A DNA stretch of 64,000 nucleotides from an uncultured bacterium (GCA_963727525.1 CAVSGO010000007.1:448001-512000); one strand, 5' to 3'; counted from the stretch's first letter, positions 1-11,584 are shown. Numbers and translations: made by a program. The notes: a model not told the origin generated them from the letters alone.

Positions 1-409
1 CCGGGATCAGCGGCTCGCAGAGGATGCGCAGCTTGGCGCCTGGGCCGAAGAGGTCGCAGCCGAGAAACTGCCCCGGCGTGGTGGGCACCTCGCGTAGCTT
101 GCCGCCGTGGACGATGTAGCGGATCCTGGCCGCGTCCTCGCTGCGCAGCAGCGAGTCGGTGAGGCCCGCGCGTGCGGCGATGGCCAGCGTGGCGGGTTCG
201 CTGTCGAGGAAACCGTTCGGCCCCCATTCGATGAGATAGCCGTCCTCGCGTGTCGTACGCAGATTGCCGCCTACCGTGTCGGCAGCCTCGAACACGGCGA
301 CATCCACGGGCGCCACCGCGCCATCGTCGGGAAAGGCGAGGGCGTGGGCGATCGCCAGCCCGGCGACGCCACCACCGAGAACCGCGACGCGTGATGGTCG
401 TTCGTTCAT
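1..409 (-). CDS. hemY: Protoporphyrinogen/coproporphyrinogen oxidase HemY/HemG family, 5' part (runs off window)
   Basis: Manual translation from ATG at 409: MNERPSRVAVLGGGVAGLAIA (FAD-binding GxGxxG) ... EAADTVGGNLRT ... GYLIEWGPNGFL; ATGA overlap with the hemH stop; heme gene cluster. Confidence 0.85.
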   Translation of the reverse strand, partial: MNERPSRVAVLGGGVAGLAIAHALAFPDDGAVAPVDVAVFEAADTVGGNLRTTREDGYLIEWGPNGFLDSEPATLAIAARAGLTDSLLRSEDAARIRYIVHGGKLREVPTTPGQFLGCDLFGPGAKLRILCEPLIP

Positions 410-1512
410 CGGGTGCCTCCAGCCGCCCCCGCGGACGCCAGGGACGGGAAGCAGCGGTGCACGAGCTCGTCGGCGAGGGATCGCAGCCAGCCGTCGTGCA
501 GGTTGAGCGCCGGCACCCGGACGAACTCGGTGACGCCGGCATCGCGAACGGCATGGCCCAGTTCGTTGTCCAACTCGTCGAGGGTCTCGATGTGATCGCA
601 GGTGAAGCTCACCGGCACCACCACGAGATGGGTGACGCCGCGACGGGCCAAAGCCACGCACGAGAGTTCCGTCGGCGGACCGACCCAGCGCACCGGTCCC
701 ACCTTGCTCTGGAATGCCAGCATCGGCGCGGAGCCGCCCGCGGCGAGCCCATCGGTCCACGTTCGCGCCGCGGCGAGCTTGTCGCGCACGCGGGCGTGCA
801 CGCTCGCCACGGTGGCGCGGGTCTGCCGTACGTAGGGATCGCCGTGGCGCACGAACCGTTCCGGCAAGCTGTGCGCGGTGTAGACGAGCGCGCAGCGCTG
901 CGGATTCACACCCTCCGCGTGCCAGCGGGCAAGCGGAACGGCGGCATCGCCGGCGAGTGCCGCGAGGTAACCGGGCAACAGGGGCCACTCACGCAGCGCC
1001 CGCAACGGCAGCCTCGGTTCTGAAGTCTGCATAACCCGTTCCAGCTCGGCGAGGCTCGAGCCTGTCGTGGCGGCGCTGTATTGCGGGTACGTGGGTACAC
1101 CCAGGACTTGCCGGGCTCCGTACTCGCGCAGCGTCGCCAGCGCCTCGTCGGTGAACGGATGCCAGTACCGCATGGCCACGCCGGCCACCACGTCGATCTT
1201 CCGCGCACGCAAGAGGTCGACCAGACGATCGGCCTGACGGCGCGTCCAGTCGAGCTGGGGGGAGCCGCCGCCGTGCCCCAGGGTGCTGTAGCGCTCGCGC
1301 ACGGCGTCCACGCGGCGGCGCACGATGAGCTTGCCCACCGGTCGCGAGAGCCAGGCGGGCAGCGGCAGCACCATCGGGTCGGCGAAGAGGTTGCTCAGGA
1401 ACGGTCCCACGCTCTCGGGGCCGTCCGGACCCCCCATGCCCAGCAGCAGCAGGCCGGTGCGACGCCGGGGGTCGAGGGGCGCGGCAGGAGGCAGCTTTGG
1501 GGTGAACCTCAC
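406..1512 (-). CDS. hemH: Ferrochelatase
   Basis: GLLLLGMGGP, GGGSP, AMRYWHPF, YPQYSAATTGS, AHSLP, GDPY, FQSKVGP, SFTCDHIETLDELD motifs; GTG start at 1512 chosen just after the hemN stop. Confidence 0.93.
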   Translation of the reverse strand: MRFTPKLPPAAPLDPRRRTGLLLLGMGGPDGPESVGPFLSNLFADPMVLPLPAWLSRPVGKLIVRRRVDAVRERYSTLGHGGGSPQLDWTRRQADRLVDLLRARKIDVVAGVAMRYWHPFTDEALATLREYGARQVLGVPTYPQYSAATTGSSLAELERVMQTSEPRLPLRALREWPLLPGYLAALAGDAAVPLARWHAEGVNPQRCALVYTAHSLPERFVRHGDPYVRQTRATVASVHARVRDKLAAARTWTDGLAAGGSAPMLAFQSKVGPVRWVGPPTELSCVALARRGVTHLVVVPVSFTCDHIETLDELDNELGHAVRDAGVTEFVRVPALNLHDGWLRSLADELVHRCFPSLASAGAAGGTR

Positions 1513-1523
1513 GTCGGGATCCC

Positions 1524-2897
1524 TCACACGGTGCGCGAGAACAGGGGCCGATCGCCGCCGCCGGTCAGATATGCGTCGAACGGCATGCTCACGTTGCGCA
1601 GGAAGAACCGACCGAGGTCGGTCACGCGCAGCCGGTCCGCTTCGCGGACCACCAGCCCATCCTCGATCAGCGGGTCCATCTGCGCCAGCGCTTCGGGTAG
1701 CAGCTCGTCGACCGTCGCGTCGAATCTCGGCACGGTCACCGCGTAGGGAAGCTCGAGGTTGCACATCAGGTGCAGGATGACCAGGCGGCGCAGCTTATCG
1801 TCGGCTGACAGGTGCATGCCTTTTACCACGGGAAGCCGACCGGCGTTCACGGCTTCCTCGTACTGGCCCACCTCGGTGACGTTCTGGCTGAAACGATCCT
1901 GCACGTCGCTGATGGCGCTGTTGCCCACAGCCAGCAGATCGAGCGCCGGTCGCGTGGTGTAGCCCATGAAGTTGCGGTGCAGACGCCGCTCGGCCAGGGC
2001 CACGGCCAGCTCATCGTCGGGCCGTGCGAAGTGGTCGAGCCCGATCCAGGTGTAGCCGGCCTCCGTCATCGATTCCACCGCGAGTTGGTAGAGGGCGAAG
2101 CGGTTCTCGCCACCTGGCAGCGCCGAGGCGTCGATGCTGCGCTGGTTCTCGCGCGCCCAGGGTACATGGGCATATCCGAAACAGGCCAGACGATCGGGGC
2201 CCAGCTCGATCACGCGATCGAGGGTGGACTTGAACGTCTCCAGGTTCTGGTGGGGTAGGCCATAGACGATGTCCAGGTTCACGCTCTCGAACCCGGCGTC
2301 GCGGCAGGCCTCGTAGAAGCGCACGGTGAGCTTCTCGGGCTGCACGCGTCCTATCGCCACCTGTACCTTCCGGTCGAAGTCCTGCACGCCCATGCTGATG
2401 CGATTGAAGCCCAGCTCGCGCAGGAGGTGGGCCTGCTCGACGGTGCCCAGGCGCGGGTCGGCCTCCAGCGAGACCTCCGCACCCGGCTCGAAATCGAAGC
2501 GATCGCGGATCAACTGCACCGTGCGCCGGATCTGATGCTCCTTGCCGTAGTTCGGCGTGCCGCCGCCCCAGTGCATCTGCACCACGGAGCGGCGTCCGAC
2601 GATGCCGGCCACGATGTCCAGCTCGCGCTCCAGGCTGTCGAGATAGTGATCGCTGTCACTCTTGTCCGTCGGAACTGCTGCATTGCAACCGCAGTACGCG
2701 CATCTCTTCACGCAGTACGGAAGGTGGACGTAGAGGCTCACGGGGCGGTCGGATATAGCGCCCAGCTCGCGCAGGGCGGTCCGCTGATCGGCCTCGTCGA
2801 AGGTGTCCGACCAGGCGGGCACCGTGGGGTAGCTCGTGTATCGCGGTCCCGGCTTGTCGAGCCGGTTCAGCAGATCGGGGGAAATGTCGACGCGCAT
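1524..2897 (-). CDS. hemN: Oxygen-independent coproporphyrinogen III oxidase (radical SAM)
   Basis: GPRYTSYPT, YVHLPYCVKRCAYCGC (CxxxCxxC), WGGGTP, RNFMGY, C-terminal FSRTV. Confidence 0.95.
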   Translation of the reverse strand: MRVDISPDLLNRLDKPGPRYTSYPTVPAWSDTFDEADQRTALRELGAISDRPVSLYVHLPYCVKRCAYCGCNAAVPTDKSDSDHYLDSLERELDIVAGIVGRRSVVQMHWGGGTPNYGKEHQIRRTVQLIRDRFDFEPGAEVSLEADPRLGTVEQAHLLRELGFNRISMGVQDFDRKVQVAIGRVQPEKLTVRFYEACRDAGFESVNLDIVYGLPHQNLETFKSTLDRVIELGPDRLACFGYAHVPWARENQRSIDASALPGGENRFALYQLAVESMTEAGYTWIGLDHFARPDDELAVALAERRLHRNFMGYTTRPALDLLAVGNSAISDVQDRFSQNVTEVGQYEEAVNAGRLPVVKGMHLSADDKLRRLVILHLMCNLELPYAVTVPRFDATVDELLPEALAQMDPLIEDGLVVREADRLRVTDLGRFFLRNVSMPFDAYLTGGGDRPLFSRTV

Positions 2898-2901
2898 CGA
2901 T

Positions 2902-3948
2902 CTATGCCTCCACGCGGTGTCCGTGCACCGTCTCGACGACGGCTTCCACCGCGGCGATCGGCGTCTCGGGAAGGATCCCGTGGCCGAGGTTGAATACGTG
3001 GCCAGCCGCGAGGTCGCCCGCACGGCAAATGGCTTCCGTGCGCCGGCGTACTTGCTCGAGGTCGCCGAACAGCACGGTGGGATCGAGATTGCCCTGGAGC
3101 GCCAGGTCCGGCGCCTGCCGGGCGGCCTCGGCGAGGTCGCAGGTCCAGTCGAGGCTGAGCGCATCTGCGCCCACGTCGCGCAAAGCCGTCATGTGTGCCA
3201 GTCCGCCCTTGCTGAACAGGATGCGTGGTACTCCCAGCGGCGCCAGGCGCGCCATGATCGTGCGCAGGCGCGGGGCGACGACGGTCGCGTGATCGGCCGG
3301 ACTCAGGATGCCCGCCCAGCTGTCGAAGACCTGCACCGCGTCGGCGCCGGCCTCCACCTGCATCGTGAGATGCCGGGCGACCTGCTCCGTGAGTATATCG
3401 AGCAACGTATCAAGGAGTTCCGGCCGGGAGTAGAGCATCGTCTTGAGGTGGCGGAACTCCTGGCTACCGCCGCCCTCGATGAGGTAGGCGGCCAGGGTGA
3501 ATGGCGAACCGGCGAAGCCGATCAGGGGCTTCGTCCCGATCTCGGCCTTCACCATCCGGATCGCCTCGGCGACGAACCCGAGGCTCTCCCGCGGGTCGAC
3601 GACCTTCAGGGCGCGAATCGCCGCCTCGTCGCGCACCGGCGCGGCGAGTTTCGGCGCGCCGTGCGAAAAGTCGAACGTGGCGCCCATCGGCCCGAGCGGC
3701 GTGAGGATGTCGCTGAAGATGATGCCGGCGTCGAGGTCGAAACGCCGCAGGGGCTGGAGCGTGACCTCGCACGCCAGCTCCGGTTGCGTGCATACGTCAT
3801 GGAAGCTGGCGCGTTCCCGTACGGCGAGATATTCGGGCAAGTATCGCCCCGCCTGCCGCATGATCCACAGGGGACGATGGCGGGGGCGTTCACCACGCAG
3901 GGCGGCCAGAAACGGCTGCGGAGTCGTCGATGGGTCGGTCGTCTTCAT
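2902..3948 (-). CDS. hemE: Uroporphyrinogen decarboxylase
   Basis: WIMRQAGRYLPEY, FSDIL, LIGFAGSPFTLAAY, FDSWAG, HVFNLGHGI. Confidence 0.96.
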   Translation of the reverse strand: MKTTDPSTTPQPFLAALRGERPRHRPLWIMRQAGRYLPEYLAVRERASFHDVCTQPELACEVTLQPLRRFDLDAGIIFSDILTPLGPMGATFDFSHGAPKLAAPVRDEAAIRALKVVDPRESLGFVAEAIRMVKAEIGTKPLIGFAGSPFTLAAYLIEGGGSQEFRHLKTMLYSRPELLDTLLDILTEQVARHLTMQVEAGADAVQVFDSWAGILSPADHATVVAPRLRTIMARLAPLGVPRILFSKGGLAHMTALRDVGADALSLDWTCDLAEAARQAPDLALQGNLDPTVLFGDLEQVRRRTEAICRAGDLAAGHVFNLGHGILPETPIAAVEAVVETVHGHRVEA

Positions 3949-4035
3949 GGCGTCCTCGCGTCCTCTGGGGTTGGTGCGTGTAAAGTAATCTGTTCGAGCC
4001 GGGTTTGCACGTAGAGAGCGCAGGTTCAGAAATGG

Positions 4036-5274
4036 CTATGGCCGGTGCCAGACCGCCATTTGCGCGCCGACCGCGAGGAGCAGGAGCCCAGCGGCGAGCG
4101 GATAGGGGACCGCCAGCATACCGGTGCCTTTTACGGCGAGTCCGGCCAGCAGCGGCGGGAGGAATCCGCCCGCGCCCACCAGGGCCTCGTGGATCCCGGC
4201 GTTGCGCCCTCGCCCGGCCGGGAGTACCAGGCTGAAGTGGAGGCTCGCGGCATAGGCGATGCCGCAGCCCAGCCCGACGAGGGGTACGGTGAGGAGCAGA
4301 AGGCCGAACGGGTGCAGGATCGGGACCACCACCAGGGCAGCGGCGGCCAGCCCCTGCGGGAGCCACAATCGCCCGGGTCGGTGCGGAACTCGCAGCGGAC
4401 CCAGGAGCAGCACGAAGACCAGGGTCTGGCTGACCAGGATGCCGGCCAGGTAGAAGCCATATTGCGCCTCGCTCCAGCCCCGTGACTCGAACCACTGGGG
4501 GAGGTGGTACGTGAGGATCCCGAAGGCGCCGTAGGCGGCCGTGTTCGCGATCCAGGCCATGGTCCGCAGCCGGCGCAGGTGGCGGACATCGTCTTCGATC
4601 TCGCCATCGGGGGAGGGCTCCTCGTTCCGGGCAGCCGCTGCCGCGTCCGACGGGTCCACGGGAGCCGACGCTGGCACGCGGCGCGGCAACGCAAAGAAGG
4701 CGGCGGCCACGCTCACGGCCCCGACGAGAAACGTCACGGCGAACCCGAAGCGATGCAGGAGCAGACCGCCGAGCAGGAACCCCAGCGTCTTGCCGCTGCT
4801 CCATGCCACGTTGAAGCGCCCGAGGGTACCCTGCCGGGTCGCCGGTGTCGCGAGATCCCCCAGCGACGATTGCACGGTCGGCCAGTAGAGCGCCTTGCCG
4901 AGTCCCATCAGCAACTGCAACGCGAGGAGCATCGTGAGCGACCTGGTCTGCAGCGCCAGAAACGCGCAGGTGATCAGCAGGCCACCGCCCAGGCCGCAGA
5001 GTCGGATGCGGCTCGTGCGGTCGCTCAGGACACCGGCGGCAGGAGCGGCAAGCACGTAGCTCACGGCTCCGATGGTGGGCATCAAGCCGAGATCGACGGC
5101 CCCGCCTCCGAGCGCGAGAACCTTGAAGGGCATTGCGGCCATGATCAGGAAGAACCCGCCGTCCATCGCGGCGGCCGAGAGGAAATACCCACGCAGGGCG
5201 CGGGACAGCACCGTCGCACGCGGTCGGGGGCCCGGGACCTGCGACCGCGACTGTGCTGAATGGAGCAAGATCAC
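4036..5274 (-). CDS. MFS transporter
   Basis: About 12 hydrophobic segments in two halves with a central hydrophilic loop; motif-A-like GVLSDRTSR; start uncertain (GTG at 5274). Confidence 0.75.
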   Translation of the reverse strand: MILLHSAQSRSQVPGPRPRATVLSRALRGYFLSAAAMDGGFFLIMAAMPFKVLALGGGAVDLGLMPTIGAVSYVLAAPAAGVLSDRTSRIRLCGLGGGLLITCAFLALQTRSLTMLLALQLLMGLGKALYWPTVQSSLGDLATPATRQGTLGRFNVAWSSGKTLGFLLGGLLLHRFGFAVTFLVGAVSVAAAFFALPRRVPASAPVDPSDAAAAARNEEPSPDGEIEDDVRHLRRLRTMAWIANTAAYGAFGILTYHLPQWFESRGWSEAQYGFYLAGILVSQTLVFVLLLGPLRVPHRPGRLWLPQGLAAAALVVVPILHPFGLLLLTVPLVGLGCGIAYAASLHFSLVLPAGRGRNAGIHEALVGAGGFLPPLLAGLAVKGTGMLAVPYPLAAGLLLLAVGAQMAVWHRP

Positions 5275-5275
5275 G

Positions 5276-6229
5276 TCAGTCGCCGACCTCGGTGGTCCGG
5301 AAGCGGTCGCGCAGGAGACCCTGGCGCAGACCATGCGCGCTCACCACGAGCGACGAGCACGCGAAGCGGTCCATGATGGCCGCCACGATCAGGGCACCGG
5401 CCAGGATCACGTCGGCGCGACCGGAGTGCAGCCCCTTGATCCGGCGCCGCTCGGCCACGGTCGATTTCTGGTAGAGTGCGATCTGTCGCTCCACCTCGGC
5501 GCGTGCCAGGAGGTGGCCGTGGATCGACGCCGCGTCGGCCAGGGGCTGGCCGAGTTGCACGGCGCCGAGGGTGGCCGGCGTGCCGCCGATCCCGACGAGG
5601 AGATCACCGTACGGTTCCTTCCCGAAGGCGGCGAGGTCGCGTGCGATGCGTGCGCTCGCCTCCGCCACTGCGGCGGCGGCCGGCGGGTCTCCGGTGAGGA
5701 CGTTCTCCGTCGTCGAGAGCGCGCCGATCGCGAGGCTTGCTCCTCCCAGCATGTGGCCGGGACGTCCCCAGCACAGCTCCGTGCTGCCCCCGCCGACGTC
5801 GAAGGTCACGAGTTGCGTGTCGGGCTGAGTGCCGGGCAGCTCCAGGCTCGCGCCGATGAAAGACAGGCGGGCTTCCTCACGCCCGCTGATGACCTCGAGA
5901 GTCAGCCCGGTCTCGCGCTTCACCTGCGCGATGAAATCGTCTGCATCGCGCGCCTCGCGCAGGCATTGCGTGCCGACCATCGCCGTCGCCGCGCATCCGT
6001 AGTCGGCGAGCATCTCGGCGAACGAGCGCAGGGCCTCGATCGACCGCTCGCGGGCGGCCGGATCGAGCGTGGTACGCGAGGAGAGGCCGCGGCCCAGGCC
6101 GGTAATCGCCACGCGGTCGAGCAAGGGGCGAAAGCGAAGGGTGCCGCGTTCGGTCTCGCGTGCGACGACGCGCAGCTTCAGCGCGTTCGTGCCCACGTCG
6201 ATGGCGGCGAAACGAGGCGGGGATAGCAT
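5276..6229 (-). CDS. ppx: Ppx/GppA family phosphatase
   Basis: AAIDVGTN, ISGREEARL, DVGGGSTE, GIGGT, RADVILAG, GLRQG. Confidence 0.9.
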   Translation of the reverse strand: MLSPPRFAAIDVGTNALKLRVVARETERGTLRFRPLLDRVAITGLGRGLSSRTTLDPAARERSIEALRSFAEMLADYGCAATAMVGTQCLREARDADDFIAQVKRETGLTLEVISGREEARLSFIGASLELPGTQPDTQLVTFDVGGGSTELCWGRPGHMLGGASLAIGALSTTENVLTGDPPAAAAVAEASARIARDLAAFGKEPYGDLLVGIGGTPATLGAVQLGQPLADAASIHGHLLARAEVERQIALYQKSTVAERRRIKGLHSGRADVILAGALIVAAIMDRFACSSLVVSAHGLRQGLLRDRFRTTEVGD

Positions 6230-6240
6230 CGTCGACCTAC

Positions 6241-6269
6241 AAAAACGGGCCCAGCCGTGGCCAGGCCCG
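6241..6269 (-). terminator. Intrinsic terminator downstream of the tRNA
   Basis: Minus strand CGGGCCTGGC-CACG-GCTGGGCCCG followed by TTTTT (two G-U pairs). Confidence 0.8.
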
Positions 6270-6274
6270 ATATT

Positions 6275-6351
<77 letters not shown>

Positions 6352-6416
6352 TCCGTGTCCCGGAAAGCCCCGACATCGCAAAGATTCGATTCCCTTGCAA
6401 TCGTTTGGGGAAGGGG

Positions 6417-6445
6417 AATATAGGACCCGCATCTGGAGGTGTCAA
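6417..6445 (-). promoter_or_regulatory. sigma70-type promoter for tRNA-fMet
   Basis: TTGACA-N17-TATATT on the minus strand. Confidence 0.7.
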
Positions 6446-6816
6446 GGTGAGGCGTCGGCACGGTCGGAGGGTACGATCAGCAGGACATCCTCGCCTGGCT
6501 TGCGCAGGTTGTAGCGCTCGCGCGCCAGCTTCTCGAGCGCGCTCGGGTCCTGAGCCAGCGCGTCGATCCGGACCTGCAAGGTGTCGGCGTCGGCGCTGAG
6601 CGCACGGACGTCTCGCTGCAGATCATCGCGCTGCGATCGCAGGCGCAGAAGCACGACGAGTCCATTCTCGCCGAGCAGCGGCACCAGCAGCACGGCGAGG
6701 GCGAGAAGCAGGCCGAGCCAGGGCAGGAGGCGGTGGGCGACGGGCGCGGGTTGTGGCTGGCCACGCAGATAAGGCGAAGCGGGTGGAGGTGCGAGGCGCT
6801 GGTCCTTGCGAGCCAT
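6442..6816 (-). CDS. ftsB: Septum formation initiator (FtsB/DivIC family)
   Basis: One TM segment, GENGL, coiled coil, ALEKLARERYNLRKPGE; follows eno. Confidence 0.85.
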   Translation of the reverse strand: MARKDQRLAPPPASPYLRGQPQPAPVAHRLLPWLGLLLALAVLLVPLLGENGLVVLLRLRSQRDDLQRDVRALSADADTLQVRIDALAQDPSALEKLARERYNLRKPGEDVLLIVPSDRADASP

Positions 6817-6850
6817 GCGGATTCTCCCGGGCATCCGTGCCCTGGATGAA

Positions 6851-6881
6851 CGGGTCGGCCGCGTGCGCCACGGCCGACCCG
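6851..6881 (-). terminator. Stem-loop after eno
   Basis: Perfect 11-bp inverted repeat CGGGTCGGCCG/CGGCCGACCCG; no clear U-tract. Confidence 0.5.
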
Positions 6882-6889
6882 CGATGGAC

Positions 6890-8316
<1,427 letters not shown>

Positions 8317-8448
8317 CCGGTCAGCGCGACCCAGGAAATCGTTGACCCCCGTCGGCTCACCTGCCACCTTCGTGCATCGGCTCGCCCGAGGATGCGCAGT
8401 CATCCGGATCTGCAGACCCCAGCATAAGGCCGAGCAGCCCGCGAGACC

Positions 8449-9030
8449 ATGTTCGACCGACGCAGCGACCTCAAACTCATCCGCCGCTGCAAGCGTGGCG
8501 AGGAAGCGGCCTTCGCGCAGGTGCTCGAGCGCTACCGCGGGCCGATCTATAACCTCTGCTACCGGATGGCGCGCAATTCCGAGGACGCGCGCGATCTCGC
8601 GCAAGAAGTATTCATCAAGGTCTTCTCCCTCCTCGACCGCTTCGACGAGAACTACGCCTTCAGCAGCTGGCTCTTCCGGATCGCCACGAACCATTGCATC
8701 GACCACCTGCGGCGCAACCGCTTGCGGTTCCTGTCGCTCGAGCGCGGCGGCGGCCACGAGGATGAGGAGGCGGAGATCCAGGTGGCCGACTCCGGGCCCA
8801 CGCCGGAGGTGGTGCTGCAGCGGCGCGAAGCCATGGAGCGCCTGGAGGAAGTGATCGCCGACCTGCCCCCACACTACCGGGCGATCACGCTCTTGCGCCA
8901 TGATCAGCAGCTGACTTACGAGGAGATCGCCGACGTGCTCGACCTGCCACTGGGTACCGTCAAGGCGCGGATCCACCGGGCGCGCAATCTGATCCAGCAG
9001 ATGCTCCGGGCGCGGTCTTACGAAATCTGA
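8449..9030 (+). CDS. ECF RNA polymerase sigma factor (SigW/RpoE-like)
   Basis: Region 2 DARDLAQEVFIKV / FSSWLFRIATNHCIDHLR; region 4 TYEEIADVLDLPLGTVKARIHRAR. Confidence 0.93.
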   Translation: MFDRRSDLKLIRRCKRGEEAAFAQVLERYRGPIYNLCYRMARNSEDARDLAQEVFIKVFSLLDRFDENYAFSSWLFRIATNHCIDHLRRNRLRFLSLERGGGHEDEEAEIQVADSGPTPEVVLQRREAMERLEEVIADLPPHYRAITLLRHDQQLTYEEIADVLDLPLGTVKARIHRARNLIQQMLRARSYEI

Positions 9031-9327
9031 TGCAACCTGCTGCAAGCGAAGTTCGTACGAGGGGATGCCGTGCAGGTCCGCCGCACCGGTTGGCGCTGCA
9101 AGGCTTTGTGCGGCACGAGCTTCTGGCTTAGAGGCCCGGTTGAGAGTTCGGACGGAAGCGGTCGCGGTGGGCTATCGAATCACTGTCGGGGGATACGAGA
9201 CCCGGCCGTGACCGGGAGCGGAGTGCGGGGTTGTGTCCCCGCCTCCGCTCCAGCGGCAACGCGTTGCCACGGCGTCGAAAGGGCCCTAGAATCAAGAGCG
9301 GCACCCCCGGCGTCACGGCGTAAGGAG

Positions 9328-9855
9328 ATGAACGTGAGCGGCAAACACCAGGACACACAACCCCACCTGTCCTGCGGCCAGTGCCGGGATTCCTTTCAGG
9401 ACTATCTCGACGGCGACATGCCGAAAGATCAGTCCCTGCGCGTGTTTCTGCACGTGCGCGAATGCCGGGATTGCGCCGGCGAACTCGAGCAATGGCAGAA
9501 CTTGTTCAACCATCTGGGCAGTCTGCGGGCCGTCGAACCTCCGGCCGGTCTCGACGCGCGGGTCCTCGCAGCGGTGCCGTACGCGGCGTACCGTGACATG
9601 GCGCCCTTGCGCCGTGAGCGGGTTCCCGTCTTTCTCGAACCGACGTTCCTGCCGCCGATCGTGCGTGCCGCCCGGATTCGCATTGCCGGCGGCGCCATCG
9701 CCCTTGCGGCGGGTATCGGCGTGGCCACGGGGACGGTCCCGTCGCCGGGCCTCGTCATCGCGGGTATCGGCGTTCTGCCCGAGGTCCTGGTACGTCTGCA
9801 GGCGCTGGGCCGCCGGGTCGCCCTGGCGGGTCGCCACGCGGAAGGTGGAGCATAG
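9328..9855 (+). CDS. Zinc-finger (zf-HC2) anti-sigma factor
   Basis: C...YLDG...HVRECRDC (HxxxCxxC ZAS motif), C-terminal TM segments; next to the ECF sigma; AAGGAG RBS (start at 9328 or GTG 9334). Confidence 0.85.
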   Translation: MNVSGKHQDTQPHLSCGQCRDSFQDYLDGDMPKDQSLRVFLHVRECRDCAGELEQWQNLFNHLGSLRAVEPPAGLDARVLAAVPYAAYRDMAPLRRERVPVFLEPTFLPPIVRAARIRIAGGAIALAAGIGVATGTVPSPGLVIAGIGVLPEVLVRLQALGRRVALAGRHAEGGA

Positions 9856-9858
9856 CGT

Positions 9859-11349
9859 ATGCGTCCCGTCGTGAGGCAGCCTCGTGCGTGGCAAGTCCGG
9901 CACCCCGGCAGGAGGATCGCGGCCGTGTACGTCGCCCTCCTGGGCTTGGTCGTCATCGCCGGTCCGTGGCCGGCGGACGGGTTCGCCCAGGTGCCACCGT
10001 CGCGTGAGATCCGGGCCGTCGAACGCGACTCGCTCCGCGCGCAGATGGATCGCTATTCGCGGATCATGGCCTCGCTGCGTGATACGCTGCGCTCTCTCGA
10101 ATCGCGCGGTCGCGGACCTACCGGCCAGGAGAAGGTCATCCAGGACACGATCAACGAGCTCGGCCAGTCGCTCTCGGAGATCTCGCGGCAACTCTCGCAA
10201 CTCGATCTCGAGGTCGACAACAACACCATCAGGTTGCGCGATGGTCGCGGCGGTGCCGTCCAGATCGACATTCCGGACAATCTCGACGAGCAGATCCGGC
10301 GTGGCATCAGCTCGATCACGGACGTGATTCTCGACGAGCTACCGGATTCGCTGCGGATCAACCTCGAGGATGTCCGCAAGATGCACAAGTTGAAATTCAA
10401 TGCGCCTACCCCCCCAAACGCGCGTGCACCGCGCGGATTCACGTTCGGAGTCAGCGGCTCGCGCAAGCCCAGCCGGATCATCGAGGGCGATCTCGTGAAG
10501 GTGCGCGATGACGTCATCGTGCAATCCGACGAGGTCGTCCGTGGCGATGTCGTGACTGTCATGGGCGACGCGTTGATCGAGGGGCGTGTCGACGGCGATC
10601 TCGTCGTCGTGCTGGGCGACCTCCAGCTCGGCGACACGGCCGAGGTGGGTGGCAAGGTCGTCAACGTCCTCGGTCGCCTCGATCGTTCCGACACCGCCGA
10701 GGTCGGTTCCGTGGTCGTCGTCAATCCCGGTTCGTTCTTCGGCCTCGACTGGCACGAGTTCGGTGTCGGACGCGGTGCGATCGGTGCCTTCGCGGGCTGG
10801 CAATTCGCTGTCTTGCTGCTTGTCTTCGTGATCGTCGTGCTCCTCGCGCTCGTGCCGGGACATCGCGTCGAGACGGTGGTCGGACATCTCTCGCAGCATC
10901 CGCTGGAATGTTTCGGGCTCGGGCTTCTGTTCGCGGTCGCCGGTCACGCGCTGGTGACCGCCATCGCAGCGGTCCTGGCCGTGACCATCATCGGTATTCC
11001 GCTCGCTCTCATCCTCGTGCTGAGCGTGATGCTGCTCGATGTCTTCGCCGTGGGGGCGGCGAGCCTGGCATTCGGTCGACGACTGTGTCGGTCGCTCTCG
11101 CTGCCGTGCCGGCGTCCGTGGATCGTGGCGTTCCTTGGCCTCGTTCTGGTGCATGCCGTCTGCTTCTTCGCGGGGTTGCTCGCCGTCGCGGGGGCGCCCG
11201 CGGCCGTGGTGGTGCCGCTCATGGCCGTGGGAGTGGCGGTATGGATCGTCGCTTATCTCTGCGGTCTCGGCGCCCTGGTACTCAGCCGTCTGGGGGCGCG
11301 GACGGAGCCGGGCGCCGCTCCGGATCTGCAGCCGGCCACGTCGGCCTAG
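9859..11349 (+). CDS. Membrane protein with bactofilin/polymer-forming beta-helix repeats and a C-terminal multi-TM domain
   Basis: Signal/TM anchor, coiled coil, repeated GD-V-V motifs (GDVVTVMGDALIEGRVDGDLVVVLGDL), about 5 C-terminal TM helices; follows the anti-sigma gene. Confidence 0.7.
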   Translation: MRPVVRQPRAWQVRHPGRRIAAVYVALLGLVVIAGPWPADGFAQVPPSREIRAVERDSLRAQMDRYSRIMASLRDTLRSLESRGRGPTGQEKVIQDTINELGQSLSEISRQLSQLDLEVDNNTIRLRDGRGGAVQIDIPDNLDEQIRRGISSITDVILDELPDSLRINLEDVRKMHKLKFNAPTPPNARAPRGFTFGVSGSRKPSRIIEGDLVKVRDDVIVQSDEVVRGDVVTVMGDALIEGRVDGDLVVVLGDLQLGDTAEVGGKVVNVLGRLDRSDTAEVGSVVVVNPGSFFGLDWHEFGVGRGAIGAFAGWQFAVLLLVFVIVVLLALVPGHRVETVVGHLSQHPLECFGLGLLFAVAGHALVTAIAAVLAVTIIGIPLALILVLSVMLLDVFAVGAASLAFGRRLCRSLSLPCRRPWIVAFLGLVLVHAVCFFAGLLAVAGAPAAVVVPLMAVGVAVWIVAYLCGLGALVLSRLGARTEPGAAPDLQPATSA

Positions 11350-11555
11350 CGTCAACCCTCGCGTCCATTTCTTGCCTGGGTGAGAACCCTCACCTCTTCT
11401 GCGCCATATGACCCGATTCTTCGCCTCGCCATGCTGGCGTCGCTCACGCATGCCCGAGATATGCCGGCTGCCATGGCCGCCACAACAGACTTATCGTATT
11501 TCATGACAACATGTTGGTGGGGTGACCCGTCTCGGGCCTCGTCCTGTAGGGGATC

Positions 11556-11584
11556 TTCACCGGATCGCCGCGACGTGGTATACT
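11556..11584 (+). promoter_or_regulatory. sigma70-type promoter
   Basis: TTCACC-N17-TATACT with extended -10 TG. Confidence 0.5.
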
